DNA of 61,965 bases, the filler included. It is 16 parts of 16 records of this genome, joined end to end, with 100 filler letters (N's around TTAATTAATTAA, not from the genome) between each part and the next. Parts side by side here need not be neighbours in the genome. Positions count along the whole stretch, not along the records: positions 58,894 to 61,965 come from SRR15195285_18697; 15 more parts are not named here. One strand, 5' to 3'. Shown here piece after piece: positions 59,595 to 61,965 of the stretch. The notes below the pieces were generated by a model. The model saw only the letters and a program-made list of their open reading frames with translations, did not search any database and was not told the origin of the DNA. A program made the translations under genes and the position numbers. Each line of letters opens with the position of its first letter. Position 1 is the first letter of the stretch.

Positions 59595-61838
59595 TCATCG
59601 CAACTTTGCCACGAACACCGTGTAGCTGTTTGGGGGCACGAGCACCGCCTTGCCACTCACAGCGCCCACTTCCACCCTCTTTGGCGCGATCAGCTGCGGT
59701 TGACTTGGGGTATTGGCCCCGGTGAGATCCGGATAGCTCATCGACGTCACCTCCATCGGCGTGGACAAGCCACTCCCAAAATCTATCGTCACGTTCAGAG
59801 CTATTGGCTTATCCCACGCAACGCGTGCCACGACGGTCTTCCTGTCCTCAGAGATTTGCGCGGAGTAGAGCCCGGGCTCCAGACCAAACGGGCACACGTG
59901 ACCGACGCCTCTTGCGGTGTCGTGCTGCGTGAAGTTGAGAGCAAGCGGCTGCATTGTGTCTTTGACCATAGCGTGGACGTACCCCGGTGGCTGCAGCCAA
60001 GTGACATTTGGCAGAAAGCTGCAGCGCAGGTCCAGATTCAGGCCATCAGATTGTCAGGCACATCATAAAAACGCAACGTGGAATGACAACACGAAAGCCG
60101 ACTCACAACGCAAGCCCCTGGTCGTTGAGTCCGCCCTCGTTGAAGCCACTCCGCTCCATGCAGAACGACGCCGTTCGACCCTTGATTCGCTCTGCGAGTA
60201 GGTGGCGCGAGAAGTACATATTCAGATCCGCTGCCTCGTCCAGCATCCGCCTCACCTGTGCGCAACCACAGGCTACTCACAGGCCATTCGCACAATTTGT
60301 TGGTAGCCAGAAGACTAGTGCAGCAATCGGAGACACAAGAAGTACCGCCAGAGGAGGAGGCCGAGCAATCGCACCGTGTGGTCGCCACAGTTCGTCTCGC
60401 CGTTCAGAACACCCCAGTCCTCCATGTTTGTCATCTTCACCACTTTGTCAATCTCGCCAGCGCCACCCTCGGCCCCATTGTGGAGGTCCACCAGCAGCTG
60501 GTCCCCCAGGCCGAGTGCTTTGGCCTTAGCGGCATCTGCGGCGCTCATCCCAGCATTGTCGGGGAACAAATAGTAGAGCTTTCGGGGCACGCCAATCGCC
60601 TTGGCCCTCGCCTCCATCGCTTGCACTTGCTCGACAAAATCACTGTTATACTCTTCGTTACCGAGCTCGAAATAGCTGACGTTGTACGGCTCCGGGTGGC
60701 CGTCCGCGATCCTCTGCTTGCCGAGGCTGGTCGCACCACTGCCCCAGCAGTACTCAACGAGATCAGCCAGCATCCCCACGTCGTGGGGGTCGATGGTAAG
60801 CAGCGGCTCTGCACCGATGGCGTTGGCGAGATCCACCATCTCGAACAGCCCCCAGCCGCTCATGAGCCCGTGCCTCCAGATGCCATCGACAGCGCTCGGG
60901 CGCAGCCACGGTGGCCCACGCCAGCGCGTCCATGGCATAGGCCCGCTTGTGACGTACGACCCCCCAAACCTGATCATAGAGACGCCCATCTGCTGCAGTG
61001 CTGCAGCTGATGCCGCGCGCACTGGTAGCCTCTTGAATCTCCCCCATTCCCCTGCCATCAGAGACGCAAAGCCGATTTCCACGGTACCAGAGCCACTCAA
61101 CGATAGCGACAGCTGCCCACCACATGCGACACAGACGTGTGCCGTGAGGTCTGACATCTTCTCCCAGTCTCGTCCGAGGTAGCGGCCACTAGGCGGGCAT
61201 CCAATGCCCTGCTTCAGGACCTCAGAGTCGGTGATTCCGGCGCATGTCACGCTGGCGTTGGGAGTCAACGAGAAGGGCAATTTGCTCCAGTTCCCCGCGG
61301 GGATACTGACTGTCGCACTGGCCAGCGGTGGCGCACGCACACGGCTGCCTCGCGATTCTAGCGTTACCGTCACCTCTACTGCTTCCGCGGACCGCGCCAG
61401 TAGGTATCCATCGTATACCTTCCCAGCCTGGAAGGGCAGGCCCTCGTTCCCGAAGCCGCGGTTTGTGGCGCTCCCGGGTCCTGGACCGAGCACAAGCGCG
61501 CGGCCACCGGGCATGAGCGAGCTGCCGCTGACTTTCGCAGCGCGATCCAGGATCCATGCCTGCTGCGGTGGGTACGTCATGTTCGCCGTGGTATCGTTAA
61601 GCCGCGTTCCCCGGGCGAAGTTTCCTGCGTCCGGCACTGGTTCGAAGGCGTTCCCGTTGATAAGTTCCGCGGACAGGCCACGCGCCTGATGAGCGTAGCC
61701 AGCATCGCTGTGGCAACCCATGAAAAGGGGATTGATGCGGTGCAGCGGCGGGCGACGCGGGTCTATCTGCAGCGTGCACCCGGCCTGTGCGACCGGCATA
61801 CCCGGCACAGCGGCCAGGACAAGCACCAGCAGCACCAT
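59595..61838 (-). CDS. Secreted GH51 alpha-L-arabinofuranosidase-like protein, multi-exon
   Basis: Signal peptide MVLLVLVLAAVP; 'INPLFMG..GLSAELING', 'NRGFGNEG', 'IRFGGS', 'WTRWRGP..RP', 'LADLVEYCWG..RIADGHPEPY..FELGNEE', 'GETN'; C-terminal 'ANTP..P..VPPNSYTV'. Confidence 0.9.
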
Positions 61839-61965
61839 CGAGAGGACGTCGCAGCACCACCCCCGCACGCACTGCAGCCGACCACGCACCGCGGCGACCC
61901 CGCCACGGCGGCGAGCAATTGAAAATATGGTGCGATGAATCACCAGCCGCGCGCGATTCCTCATA

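Overview
This window is not continuous DNA. It is 16 short contigs (about 3-6 kb) joined by 15 artificial 100-bp spacers (44 N + TTAATTAATTAA + 44 N), so adjacency across spacers is meaningless. The contigs are from a gene-dense, GC-rich eukaryote with short GT-AG introns. TTLL1 and the many secreted hydrolases suggest a flagellated heterotrophic protist; a marine picoeukaryote SAG/MAG such as Picozoa is my unverified guess. About 25 whole or partial genes are recognisable. Housekeeping/signalling: TTLL1, a PHD/BRK/Myb/Tudor chromatin protein, a CNBD-type channel, an anoctamin, a sacsin-like/BTB protein and an amidase. Secreted or bacterial-type enzymes: histidine acid phosphatase, LCAT/PLA2, DUF6067, an LPMO-like protein, GH29, GH18, GH51, a heparinase II/III-like lyase, two PhyH dioxygenases and a SenA/EgtB-like sulfoxide synthase. 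There are also large Cys-rich surface receptors. The most notable signal is a ~45-aa six-cysteine module shared by three unrelated enzymes on three contigs, in one case directly after a KTDD linker in an apparent enzyme polyprotein. Other highlights are an intron-containing SenA-like gene, a His-brace LPMO-like protein, and a channel with a calponin-homology-like insert in its CNBD and no K+ filter. I saw no rRNA, tRNA, CRISPR or transposase genes.
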